A stretch of DNA of 29,383 nucleotides. Origin: Clostridia bacterium (lineage in GTDB: Bacteria; Bacillota; Clostridia; UBA1381; UBA9506). Below are positions 8,983-16,979 of this stretch, one piece after another (position 1 is the stretch's first letter; the number at the start of each line of letters is the position of its first letter). Location of the stretch: positions 1 through 29,383 of the forward strand of contig JAZSJR010000222.1 of assembly GCA_045534415.1 (NCBI GenBank), given 5' to 3'. The notes beneath the pieces were generated by a model, which was not told the origin of the DNA, made no database searches, and was given only the letters and a program-made list of their open reading frames with translations. The position numbers and the translations under genes were made by a program.

Positions 8983-9020
8983 AACCCTGCAGATAGCACA
9001 AGCTACATATCTGCAGGGTT
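8983..9020 (-). terminator. Terminator-like hairpin downstream of deacetylase remnant A
   Basis: Inverted repeat AACCCTGCAGATA..TATCTGCAGGGTT about 40 nt after the remnant's TAG. The U-tail is weak. Confidence 0.6.
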
Positions 9021-9057
9021 CTTGCGTTGTCTCTTTTTTCAAGTACAAAATCGCTGT

Positions 9058-9195
9058 CTACTCTTCTTTTTCTGCTTCGCTTTTTTGCAACGCCTTTTGG
9101 GTTCCCTGGTGGTTAATCTCCGTCGGTTCAGGAAGTAAAAGCTCTGTTGCTTTTACAAACTTGTAACCCTCTGCCTGCAGTTTTTCAATTACTTG
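9058..9195 (-). pseudogene. Remnant A: 3' end (45 codons) of a polysaccharide deacetylase gene
   Basis: Translates QVIEKLQAEGYKFVKATELLLPEPTEINHQGTQKALQKSEAEKEE*. The first 33 aa are identical to those encoded at 28654-28752. There is no ATG. Absent from the ORF track. Confidence 0.9.
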
Positions 9196-9452
9196 TCTCC
9201 TCCTGCTTTTTGTATAGAAATGGCATTATATCCTTTATTATATTATAAAGCATTTTTTCTTCCGCAAGTAGCAAAACCACGCTTTTATTGATTTTTTGAA
9301 CATTTTATCGGCAAACGAAAAAAATGCTTCTGTACAAGGTGATACTATTGCTAAACTTCTCTCCTTAAATCCTGAAAAAACCACCCTTTTTCTCCCATAT
9401 TTAAAGAATTATTCCTCAACAATGTTTCGTCCATATAAATGTGTTTACTACA

Positions 9453-9482
9453 TTTACAATAATTGTGCTAAATTGTTATAAT
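9453..9482 (+). promoter_or_regulatory. Putative promoter of the catabolic operon
   Basis: TTTACA (9453-9458), an 18-nt spacer, then TATAAT (9477-9482) with an extended -10 TG, upstream of SD AAGGAG and ATG 9536. Confidence 0.5.
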
Positions 9483-9535
9483 TTTTTTAAGAATATCAAT
9501 TTATAATAATTAAAAATTACCAAGGAGTAAAGCAC

Positions 9536-10252
9536 ATGAAAAGAAAAATCAGAACTCCCTATTTTGAAATTGGGACAAAAAATTACATATATGGCGATAC
9601 GGTTTTAGAATATGCTATCGCAGCAGATAAAGCCGCTGAAAAATATGACATTGATGTTTTGTTTATCTGCCCGGCTGTTGAAATCAGACGGGTGGTTGAA
9701 AACACCAAACATCTGATTGTTTTAGCACCTTATATGGATACCCTGCGCCCCGGTCGCGGCATGGCAGACATTCTGCCTGAAGCATTAAAAGCAGCCGGTG
9801 CAGAAGGCGTTGTTGTAAACCACTGCGAAAAGCCCATGAGCCTGCCCCAGATCAAGGCAACCATTGACCGTGCCAACGAACTTGACATGCTGGTGTTTGC
9901 CTGTGCTGACTCTGTTGCAGAAACAAAAGCAATTGCCGAACTTCACCCTGACATTATTAACCCCGAACCCTCTGAACTCATCGGCGGCACTGGAGGCGGT
10001 GTTTCTGATATGGGTTATGTTGTGGAAGTTATCCGCGAAATCAGAAAAATTGATCCGGATATTTTAATTGAACAGGCTGCCGGCATTACAAACGGCCAGC
10101 AGGTGTATGATTTCATTATGGCGGGTTCTGAAGCAGCCGGTGCTGCCTCCGGTATTATGAATGCCGAAGATCCCCTTGCGATGATCGACGAAATGATTGC
10201 CGCAACAAGACGGGCAGCCGATGATTTAAAACATCAACAGGAGGGTAAATAA
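9536..10252 (+). CDS. Archaeal-type triosephosphate-isomerase-family protein, probably a sugar-phosphate isomerase rather than glycolytic TpiA
   Basis: 238 aa. Motifs LPEALKAAGAEGVVVNHCE (catalytic His), EPSELIG (catalytic Glu), AAGI and AASG match short archaeal-type TIMs. The N-terminal motif is GTK rather than N-x-K. Confidence 0.85.
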   Translation: MKRKIRTPYFEIGTKNYIYGDTVLEYAIAADKAAEKYDIDVLFICPAVEIRRVVENTKHLIVLAPYMDTLRPGRGMADILPEALKAAGAEGVVVNHCEKPMSLPQIKATIDRANELDMLVFACADSVAETKAIAELHPDIINPEPSELIGGTGGGVSDMGYVVEVIREIRKIDPDILIEQAAGITNGQQVYDFIMAGSEAAGAASGIMNAEDPLAMIDEMIAATRRAADDLKHQQEGK

Positions 10253-10253
10253 T

Positions 10254-10748
10254 ATGATATACAGAGAATCTTTTAAAGTTCAGTCAAGAGACAGAGCCAT
10301 TTCCTTTCACGATGTAACCTCCCAGGCGAGAGAAATTGTGAAAAAAAGTGGCGTGAAAGAGGGCATCTGTGTGGTATATTCACACCACACCACCTGCTGC
10401 GTCATCACTCAGGAATGTGCTTTTGATATGTCAATGACCGGCCTTGAAACCCTGCAGCAGGACCTTGTTAATGTAATGGATAAAATGGTACCTGAATGTA
10501 AATATGAAGGCATGTATCTCCATCCCGGTCCGAAAGCATTAAAATTTGCCGAAGAGCACGATGAAGATGCCTGGGGTTGCCACAATACCGACGCACACCT
10601 GCGCTCCTCCATCATCGGCAGAAGCGAAACCATCGTCATTGAAGATGGCGAAATGGATTTAGGCGAATTTGGTTTTATTCACTTTATTGATTTTGATAAC
10701 ACCCGTGCAAGACAAAGAACTGTACAGGTTATGGTTATCGGTGAATAA
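10254..10748 (+). CDS. YjbQ/UPF0047-family protein
   Basis: 164 aa with HTT, N-x-DAHLRSSIIG-x-SETI, DLG-x-F and a C-terminal FD..R.RTVQVMVIGE, all typical of UPF0047. It starts 1 nt after the TIM stop. Confidence 0.9.
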   Translation: MIYRESFKVQSRDRAISFHDVTSQAREIVKKSGVKEGICVVYSHHTTCCVITQECAFDMSMTGLETLQQDLVNVMDKMVPECKYEGMYLHPGPKALKFAEEHDEDAWGCHNTDAHLRSSIIGRSETIVIEDGEMDLGEFGFIHFIDFDNTRARQRTVQVMVIGE

Positions 10749-10760
10749 GGAGAAAATGGC

Positions 10761-12110
10761 ATGGAATATTTACTTGGTTTAGACATCGGCACCTCCTCTG
10801 TGAAAGGTGTTTTAATGACAACAGAGGGAAAGGTTATAAAAACTGCCAAGGGTGTTTTTGATTACAGAATCCTTGAAAACGGCGGATTCGAGATTGATGC
10901 AAAGGCTTTTTCCTCCGTCTGTTTGGCTACCATTCGCGAGCTCGCACAAAGCACAGATGCAAAAATCTGCGGTGTCTGTGCAGCTTCTGCCAGCGGTAAT
11001 CTACTGATTTTAGATGAAGATAATCAGCCCGCCACACCAATTTATAACTGGCAGGATCATCGCGTTACAACAGAAACCCAGGAAATTTTAGGTCCTATGG
11101 ATTTGGATGCGTTATATCGGCGTATGGGTTGGCCCTTTAGCTATAAAGGATTGCCACTTGCTCTTTTATGTTATGTAAAAAAACATCAGCCAGAAGTTCT
11201 AAAAAACAGCAAAATGGTGTGTATGAGTACGGAGTATCTGTACTACCTCTTAACCGGTAAATGGGGCATCAGCACCTCGGCCGGTACACCTTTTTACCTG
11301 ATTGACCAACAAACAGGGCAATACATTCCCGAAATCCTGAATGCTTTAGAAATCACCGAAGAACAGCTGCCACCCATTCTTCCCTGTGGCAGCGTTTTGG
11401 GCGGTGTTCTCCCCGAAATGGCAGAGATTTGCGGTCTGCCTGCTGAAACCCCCGTGGTGTTAGGCACCTTTGACCATCCCTCTGCGGCCCGCGGAGTTGG
11501 TGTTTTAAATGAAGGCGAGGTTCTGCTTTCCTGCGGCACTTCCTGGGTAGGTTTCTTCCCCATTAAAGACAGAAACAAAGCCGCAGATGCCAAGCTTTTG
11601 CTTGACCCCTTCTTAACCGCCGACGGCGGATGCTGGGGTACAATGGTTTCTGTTGCCTCGGTTGCAAACCGCATTCAGTTATATGTGCACCGTTATATTG
11701 ATGATTCTGACCAGGCATACAGCATTTTGTCTGAGCTTGCCGCGAAGAGCACTCCCGGTGCTGGCGGGCTCACCATTTGTCCCAATGACGAGCCTGACGA
11801 TGCTAAAATTAAAAGCTATAAAAAAGAAGATATTGCCCGTGCCATTATGGAGGGAACAGTTCACCTGCTTCAAAAACAACTAAGCCGCGTGAAAAATTTA
11901 GGGATTGACTTAAGCTCTGCCGTTATGGTTGGCGGCCCTTCTGTTGACCCCCTGTGGCACAAACTGATTGAAGAAATCTGCGGCGTCACGGTTCGTGTTT
12001 CCCGTGGGGCAAATGCCGGTGCTGTCGGTGCCGCTATGATGGCAGGAATCGGCACTGGATTATTTAAAAACGAGTTATCGGCTTATAATGCTTGTAGCAA
12101 AGGAGAATAA
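10761..12110 (+). CDS. FGGY-family carbohydrate kinase
   Basis: 449 aa with phosphate-1 motif LGLDIGTSSVKG, WQDHR, GTFDH, SCGTS, RAIMEG and GAVGAAMMAGIG. Confidence 0.92.
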   Translation: MEYLLGLDIGTSSVKGVLMTTEGKVIKTAKGVFDYRILENGGFEIDAKAFSSVCLATIRELAQSTDAKICGVCAASASGNLLILDEDNQPATPIYNWQDHRVTTETQEILGPMDLDALYRRMGWPFSYKGLPLALLCYVKKHQPEVLKNSKMVCMSTEYLYYLLTGKWGISTSAGTPFYLIDQQTGQYIPEILNALEITEEQLPPILPCGSVLGGVLPEMAEICGLPAETPVVLGTFDHPSAARGVGVLNEGEVLLSCGTSWVGFFPIKDRNKAADAKLLLDPFLTADGGCWGTMVSVASVANRIQLYVHRYIDDSDQAYSILSELAAKSTPGAGGLTICPNDEPDDAKIKSYKKEDIARAIMEGTVHLLQKQLSRVKNLGIDLSSAVMVGGPSVDPLWHKLIEEICGVTVRVSRGANAGAVGAAMMAGIGTGLFKNELSAYNACSKGE

Positions 12111-12115
12111 TAACG

Positions 12116-13147
12116 ATGCTTAAATTTGTTGTGAATGACTACGACCGTCTTGTTTACGAAAAAGAGATTATCCCCTTTTTGCCTGATGCCTTTATTGATT
12201 TTCACACGCATATAAACAAACTTTCCTTTGAAAGTTGGGGGCAGCATAATGGCGGTTCATCCTGGACAGGACTTGTGTACGACGAACTGCCCACAGAAGA
12301 TTTAATAAAATGCTACGACCTGCTTTTTCCGAAGCATAAGGTAACCCCTCTCATTTTCGGCGGTTGCCTCTGCGACATTGACGCGGTCAATGATTATGTG
12401 CGTGATGATGGTCGTAAGTACAGCTTTCCCACTCTTTACAGAACCTCTTACGATATGCCGGCAGACGAACTGGAAGAAAGAGTTAAGGCAGGCGGTTTTC
12501 TGGGCTTAAAGCCTTATCTCAGCAACTGCCCCCCTTATCTGCCTGTAAGCGAGATTCGTATTTACGACTTTTTACCAAAGGAACATTTAGAGGTCGCAGA
12601 CAAAAATGGGTGGATTGTCATGTTGCACATTCCCCGCGCTCTGCGCCTTAAAGACCCTGTGAACCTGGCTCAGTTATTGGAGATTGAAGAAAAATACCCC
12701 AATCTGAAACTGGTTGTTGCACACATCGGCAGAGCCTATTCAAAAGAAGATATCGGAAATGCCTTTGACCTTTTGGGTAAAACAAAAAACATGTATTTTG
12801 ACTTTACCGCAAATGTTTGCGATGACGCCATTCGCGCCTGCATCGAGGCAGTTGGACCTGACCGTTTAATTTTTGGCTCCGATCTGCCGATTGCTACCAT
12901 GCGTATGTACCGCATTGTTGAAAACGGCGTTTATTATAATGTTGTTCCCCGCGGCCTGTACGGAGATGTTGACGGCCAGCCACATATGCGTGAATCTGAT
13001 GAAGAAAACATCACCATGATGTATTACGAACAGATTCTCGCCTTAAAGCGTGTTGCAAGTCAGTTAAAACTAAAGGATTCTGACATTGAAAACATTATGG
13101 CAGGTAACGCCAAGCGCTTACTCAAAGAAGCAAACTTTATTTTATAA
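12116..13147 (+). CDS. Amidohydrolase-superfamily metalloenzyme (Amidohydro_2-like)
   Basis: 343 aa with metal ligands DFHTH (HxH), MLHIP, VAHIG and FGSDLP, plus GLKPY. Confidence 0.88.
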   Translation: MLKFVVNDYDRLVYEKEIIPFLPDAFIDFHTHINKLSFESWGQHNGGSSWTGLVYDELPTEDLIKCYDLLFPKHKVTPLIFGGCLCDIDAVNDYVRDDGRKYSFPTLYRTSYDMPADELEERVKAGGFLGLKPYLSNCPPYLPVSEIRIYDFLPKEHLEVADKNGWIVMLHIPRALRLKDPVNLAQLLEIEEKYPNLKLVVAHIGRAYSKEDIGNAFDLLGKTKNMYFDFTANVCDDAIRACIEAVGPDRLIFGSDLPIATMRMYRIVENGVYYNVVPRGLYGDVDGQPHMRESDEENITMMYYEQILALKRVASQLKLKDSDIENIMAGNAKRLLKEANFIL

Positions 13148-13169
13148 ACCCAATAGCAGAAAGATTAAG

Positions 13170-13198
13170 TTTACATTATTTTTGAATTTTATTATATT
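13170..13198 (+). promoter_or_regulatory. Putative internal promoter for the AraC gene
   Basis: TTTACA (13170-13175), a 17-nt spacer, then TATATT (13193-13198) in an AT-rich gap. Confidence 0.4.
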
Positions 13199-13219
13199 TA
13201 ATGAATTCAGGTGATGCCA

Positions 13220-14091
13220 ATGTTATATCTTATTCTGAAATTAAAATCCATTCCGGAGCCGGTGTTTGCTCATGTTTACTCCTGCCCGGAATACAAATGC
13301 CACTTTAAAGAAGCGGTGCCCAATTTAGAAATTCTATATGTAATCAGCGGAAATCTGACCGTAAACATTTTAGGCAAAACCTATATGGTAAAAGAAAAAA
13401 GTTTCTTACTGCTGCCTCACAAATATCCGCTATATATGGAAGTTCAAAAAGATGAAACCTATGTGCACTACACCGTTTCGGCTATGGTGGATGCAGATAC
13501 CCGGCTCATTGAAGGAATGCCCGATGTTCTGGTACCCGATGAAATCTGCGTTCCGTTTTTTTGGAACCCTGCGACCAAACCGAAGAGATGGTCTTTCTTT
13601 TAAAAAAAGCGGTGCAGGAATATCAGAATGCAGACCCGATCAGCAAACAAAAGTGCGGCATTTATTTTGTAGAACTGCTGTGTGATATTGCAAAAACGAC
13701 CAAAACAGAAAAAGAAACAAAAATCAGCAAAATGCAAGATATTTTAGACAGCCGCATCAAACTTTATATTGAAAAAAATATCAGCCAGAAAATAGCATTG
13801 GGCGACATCGCTGAAGCCATTGGCAAAAACGCTAATTACCTGAACCAGGTTTTTAAGAAAAAGAACAATATGCCGATTATTTCTTATATTAACCTTGTAA
13901 AAATGAAAAAGGTTGCTTCCTACATTAGCAGCGGAAACATGACATTAAAGGAAGTGGCAAAAGAAGTGGGTATCACCGATACCAGTTATCTTTCCAGGTT
14001 ATTTAAGAAAAAAATGGGTATGAGCATTTCAGAATTTAAAAACTGCTCGGCTGATATTACATTCACTTTAAATGACCTCGATAAAATTTAA
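13220..14091 (+). pseudogene. AraC-family regulator split by a frameshift in a T7 run (13556-13562)
   Basis: ORF 13211-13603 has a cupin-like sensor (LEILYVISGNL). ORF 13561-14091 has the AraC HTH (NANYLNQVFKK, EVGITDTSYLSRLFKKKMGMS). One added T joins them as ...VPFFLEPCDQ.... The likely start is ATG 13220 after SD AGGTG. Confidence 0.88.
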
Positions 14092-14136
14092 CAACTTTAA
14101 ATAAAGAAGATACCGAAAATTAACGGAGGGAGAGGT

Positions 14137-16878
14137 ATGATGTTAAAACATTTTAAAAAGGCAGTATCGCTGTTTTTGGCCGTTTGCCTGATTCTCAGCT
14201 TTGGCGCCATCGCCGGGGCAGAAGGCTTTGACCGCGCCCGGTCACAGCTTGAGGGGCTCGGTCTGATGCAGGGCTATGAAGATGGCACGTTTGGAGAAAA
14301 CGATGCACTCACCCGGGCTCAAATGGCCGCCATCGTAGCCAGAATTTTACAGGTTGAGGGTCTCAATGTTGGCTCGAAGAGTTTTTCGGATGTTTCTGAA
14401 GACCATTGGGCTTATGGGGTAATCACCATCTTGAGCGATATGGACATTTTAAACGGCATGGGTGACGGAACCTTTATGCCGGACAAAGATGTAAACTGCT
14501 TTGAAGCACTGAAAATGATTGTGACCGTTTTGGGCTATGAACAGTTTGCACAAGAACTGGGTGGTTATCCTTCGGGTTATAGCATCCAGGCAGGAAAAAT
14601 GGGTCTGTTAAAGGGCGTTAGCGCTGAAGAAGGCACCATCACCCGTGGCGATGTTGCAACCATTTTATACAATGCGTTGAGCGTTAAGCCCCTGGGCGGT
14701 TATTTTATGCAGAACTATTCTGCCGCTACCTACACCTTGTATGATATTCTGACCGAAAACAAAGAACTTGTCCGTTTCACCGGTATTCTTACCGAAACCG
14801 CAAATGCGAGCCTGACGGCAACCGAACCGGCCTTAAAAGACGGATATGTGATGGTCGGCGGCACCAGACTCAAAACAAAAACCGCAATGGATGCATACCT
14901 GGGCTATGAGCTGATTGTTTATGCACAGGTAGATGGAGACGGAAAACCTGTTGAGATTAAGAATTTCATGGTAACTGCTAACACAACCATTACTGAGGCT
15001 GATGCAGAAAACGTAACCTGGTCCGGTGATACGGCAACCGTAGAGGATGCTGACGGCAAAGAAGATGAAGTGGATGTGATTGGCGGTGTTCCGACTTTAT
15101 ATAATGGTCGGTTGACATCTGTTCCTGCCGGCAGCCGGGATATTTTCTATGGCTCTTATACCTTTATTGATAATAATGGCGATAGTGTAGCAGATGTTTT
15201 ACGGATTGATGAAGCCCAGAGCTTTATCGTTGACAAGGTCAATGCCGAAAAATTAACCGTTTACTTTAAAAATAATGCAACCTTAAATGGCAAACGAGCT
15301 GTCGTTTTAGATGATTCCATTGATGAAAAGACGGTTACCATTTTAGACGCAGAGGGTAACACGGTTCCTGTTTCCGATATTGAATCCGGAGATGGCATTG
15401 CCATTTTTGTGTCATCAGATTCCAATTTTGTTAAGGCTGTTATCAGTAAAGAATCCGTTTCCGGTAAAATAACCGCCACTTCAACACAGGGTATCTGGAT
15501 TGATGATGTAGAGTATCAGGTGGCAAAGAAACCTGATGGTTCTGATAACTTTACAGCCAAAATTGGCGAAAACGCCACTTATGCTTTAGATTGCTTTGGC
15601 AAGGTGATTGGCAGCTCCGATGTTGTTGTCGGAAACTACCAATATGCTTATGCTATTGATGCAGGTCGTATTGGAGGTATAGACAAGACCCTGTTCCTGC
15701 AGACAATTTCCGGCACCGAGCCTCGGAAAGAGGTTACAATCTCCGGCGATACCGAAAAAGTAACCTACTATTTCCAGAACGAAACCGTAAAAGTTTATGA
15801 ATGTGCTGAAAGCCTGATTTATCACAACAAATCAGAAGAGGTGATTGACCCCGAAAATCCCGTAATTATCCGTGGTACTCGTGTTAAGTCAATAGACCTT
15901 GACCTGACACAGCTCTCCCGCTGTATCATCGCTTTCCGCACAAACGCTGATGGAAAAATCGTTGAATTACATACTTATGATATCAGCCGTTCCGTTTCCT
16001 TAAGACGTGAACATACCCTCAATGCCAGAGCCATGACCTTCGGTGGCGAAGGCTTACTCCGTGGCTATGCAACAGACGAAAATACCAAATTTATCTGTAT
16101 TCCCTCCAGTAATGACGCAGAAATTTCTGAATACTATGTTCAGGTTGGCATAGCCGATGCAAGTACACAAAACTTGGTTGACGGAACCATATTTTTCCCC
16201 AACCTTGACTATACAGACCCCAATGCAGAGCCTGTTGACGTTCTTTTGATTCAGTCCGACATGGTTCCACCGGTTCCCAGCTCCACTGACGATATTTGTA
16301 TTGTTGGCAGCGTGAACAAAGCCATCGGCACCACCAGTGATGATGCAGGGGCTATGGTTTATGAAATTGAGCTGTTAAACGGCACAAATCTTGTCAAGAT
16401 TGCAACTACATCCAGCGGTGAGGCCTATAATGTCGCAGCAACCCTCCGCAAGGGTGACCTGATTCGCTACATCAAGGACGGCTTTGGCAGAATTTCCGGT
16501 ATTAAGAAAATCTATTCTGTTCAGGGCCTTGAAAACAATTTCAACAATAATATCTACACAGAAACTGGCGAACCCGGTATGTATGGTTATATTTACGATG
16601 TCATTACAGATTCTTACGATTCTGAAATGAACGATTATATTGATAAACTCTACCTGAGCTTTGAAGAAGATGGTGGCGACCGCGAAACACCTTCTATGCA
16701 GCGTGCGCCCAAGCTTAACGGTCCGCCGGTTTATCACTATGACCGTTCCTCCGGCTGGATTACTCCCGGCTCTTTAGAAGATGTTACAGCTTCTGCCTAT
16801 GCAGGAGAAGAAGCTTCAAAGGCCTTTATCTTACTTGATTCCGGCAAGGTTACTGCGATTGTTATTATTGAAGATTAA
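14137..16878 (+). CDS. S-layer-like protein with N-terminal SLH domains
   Basis: 913 aa with a signal peptide ending in AGA, SLH motifs (GLMQGYEDGTF..LTRAQMA; FSDVSEDHWAY..GMGDGTFMPD; a degenerate third ITRGDVATILYNAL) and a long acidic beta-rich body with no catalytic motif recognised. Confidence 0.88.
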   Translation: MMLKHFKKAVSLFLAVCLILSFGAIAGAEGFDRARSQLEGLGLMQGYEDGTFGENDALTRAQMAAIVARILQVEGLNVGSKSFSDVSEDHWAYGVITILSDMDILNGMGDGTFMPDKDVNCFEALKMIVTVLGYEQFAQELGGYPSGYSIQAGKMGLLKGVSAEEGTITRGDVATILYNALSVKPLGGYFMQNYSAATYTLYDILTENKELVRFTGILTETANASLTATEPALKDGYVMVGGTRLKTKTAMDAYLGYELIVYAQVDGDGKPVEIKNFMVTANTTITEADAENVTWSGDTATVEDADGKEDEVDVIGGVPTLYNGRLTSVPAGSRDIFYGSYTFIDNNGDSVADVLRIDEAQSFIVDKVNAEKLTVYFKNNATLNGKRAVVLDDSIDEKTVTILDAEGNTVPVSDIESGDGIAIFVSSDSNFVKAVISKESVSGKITATSTQGIWIDDVEYQVAKKPDGSDNFTAKIGENATYALDCFGKVIGSSDVVVGNYQYAYAIDAGRIGGIDKTLFLQTISGTEPRKEVTISGDTEKVTYYFQNETVKVYECAESLIYHNKSEEVIDPENPVIIRGTRVKSIDLDLTQLSRCIIAFRTNADGKIVELHTYDISRSVSLRREHTLNARAMTFGGEGLLRGYATDENTKFICIPSSNDAEISEYYVQVGIADASTQNLVDGTIFFPNLDYTDPNAEPVDVLLIQSDMVPPVPSSTDDICIVGSVNKAIGTTSDDAGAMVYEIELLNGTNLVKIATTSSGEAYNVAATLRKGDLIRYIKDGFGRISGIKKIYSVQGLENNFNNNIYTETGEPGMYGYIYDVITDSYDSEMNDYIDKLYLSFEEDGGDRETPSMQRAPKLNGPPVYHYDRSSGWITPGSLEDVTASAYAGEEASKAFILLDSGKVTAIVIIED

Positions 16879-16885
16879 CAATATT

Positions 16886-16931
16886 GGGATGCACAGCATC
16901 CCTCTCCATCTCTCAGAACCAGAGAGATGGA
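16886..16931 (+). other. Two adjacent GC-rich stem-loops in the SLH-gene 3' UTR
   Basis: GGGATGC-aca-GCATCCC (16886-16902) and TCCATCTCTC-agaacca-GAGAGATGGA (16905-16931). There is no immediate U-tract. Confidence 0.7.
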
Positions 16932-16979
16932 ACAAAATTTTTTCATGATCCAAAAATAAAATGAAAAGGTGGTAAAAAG

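Noticed and set aside
8714-9481. Short ORFs 8714-8929 and 9296-9481, and similarly 28458-28673
   Set aside because: They lie in AT-rich promoter or terminator regions with weak starts, no SD and non-protein-like composition.
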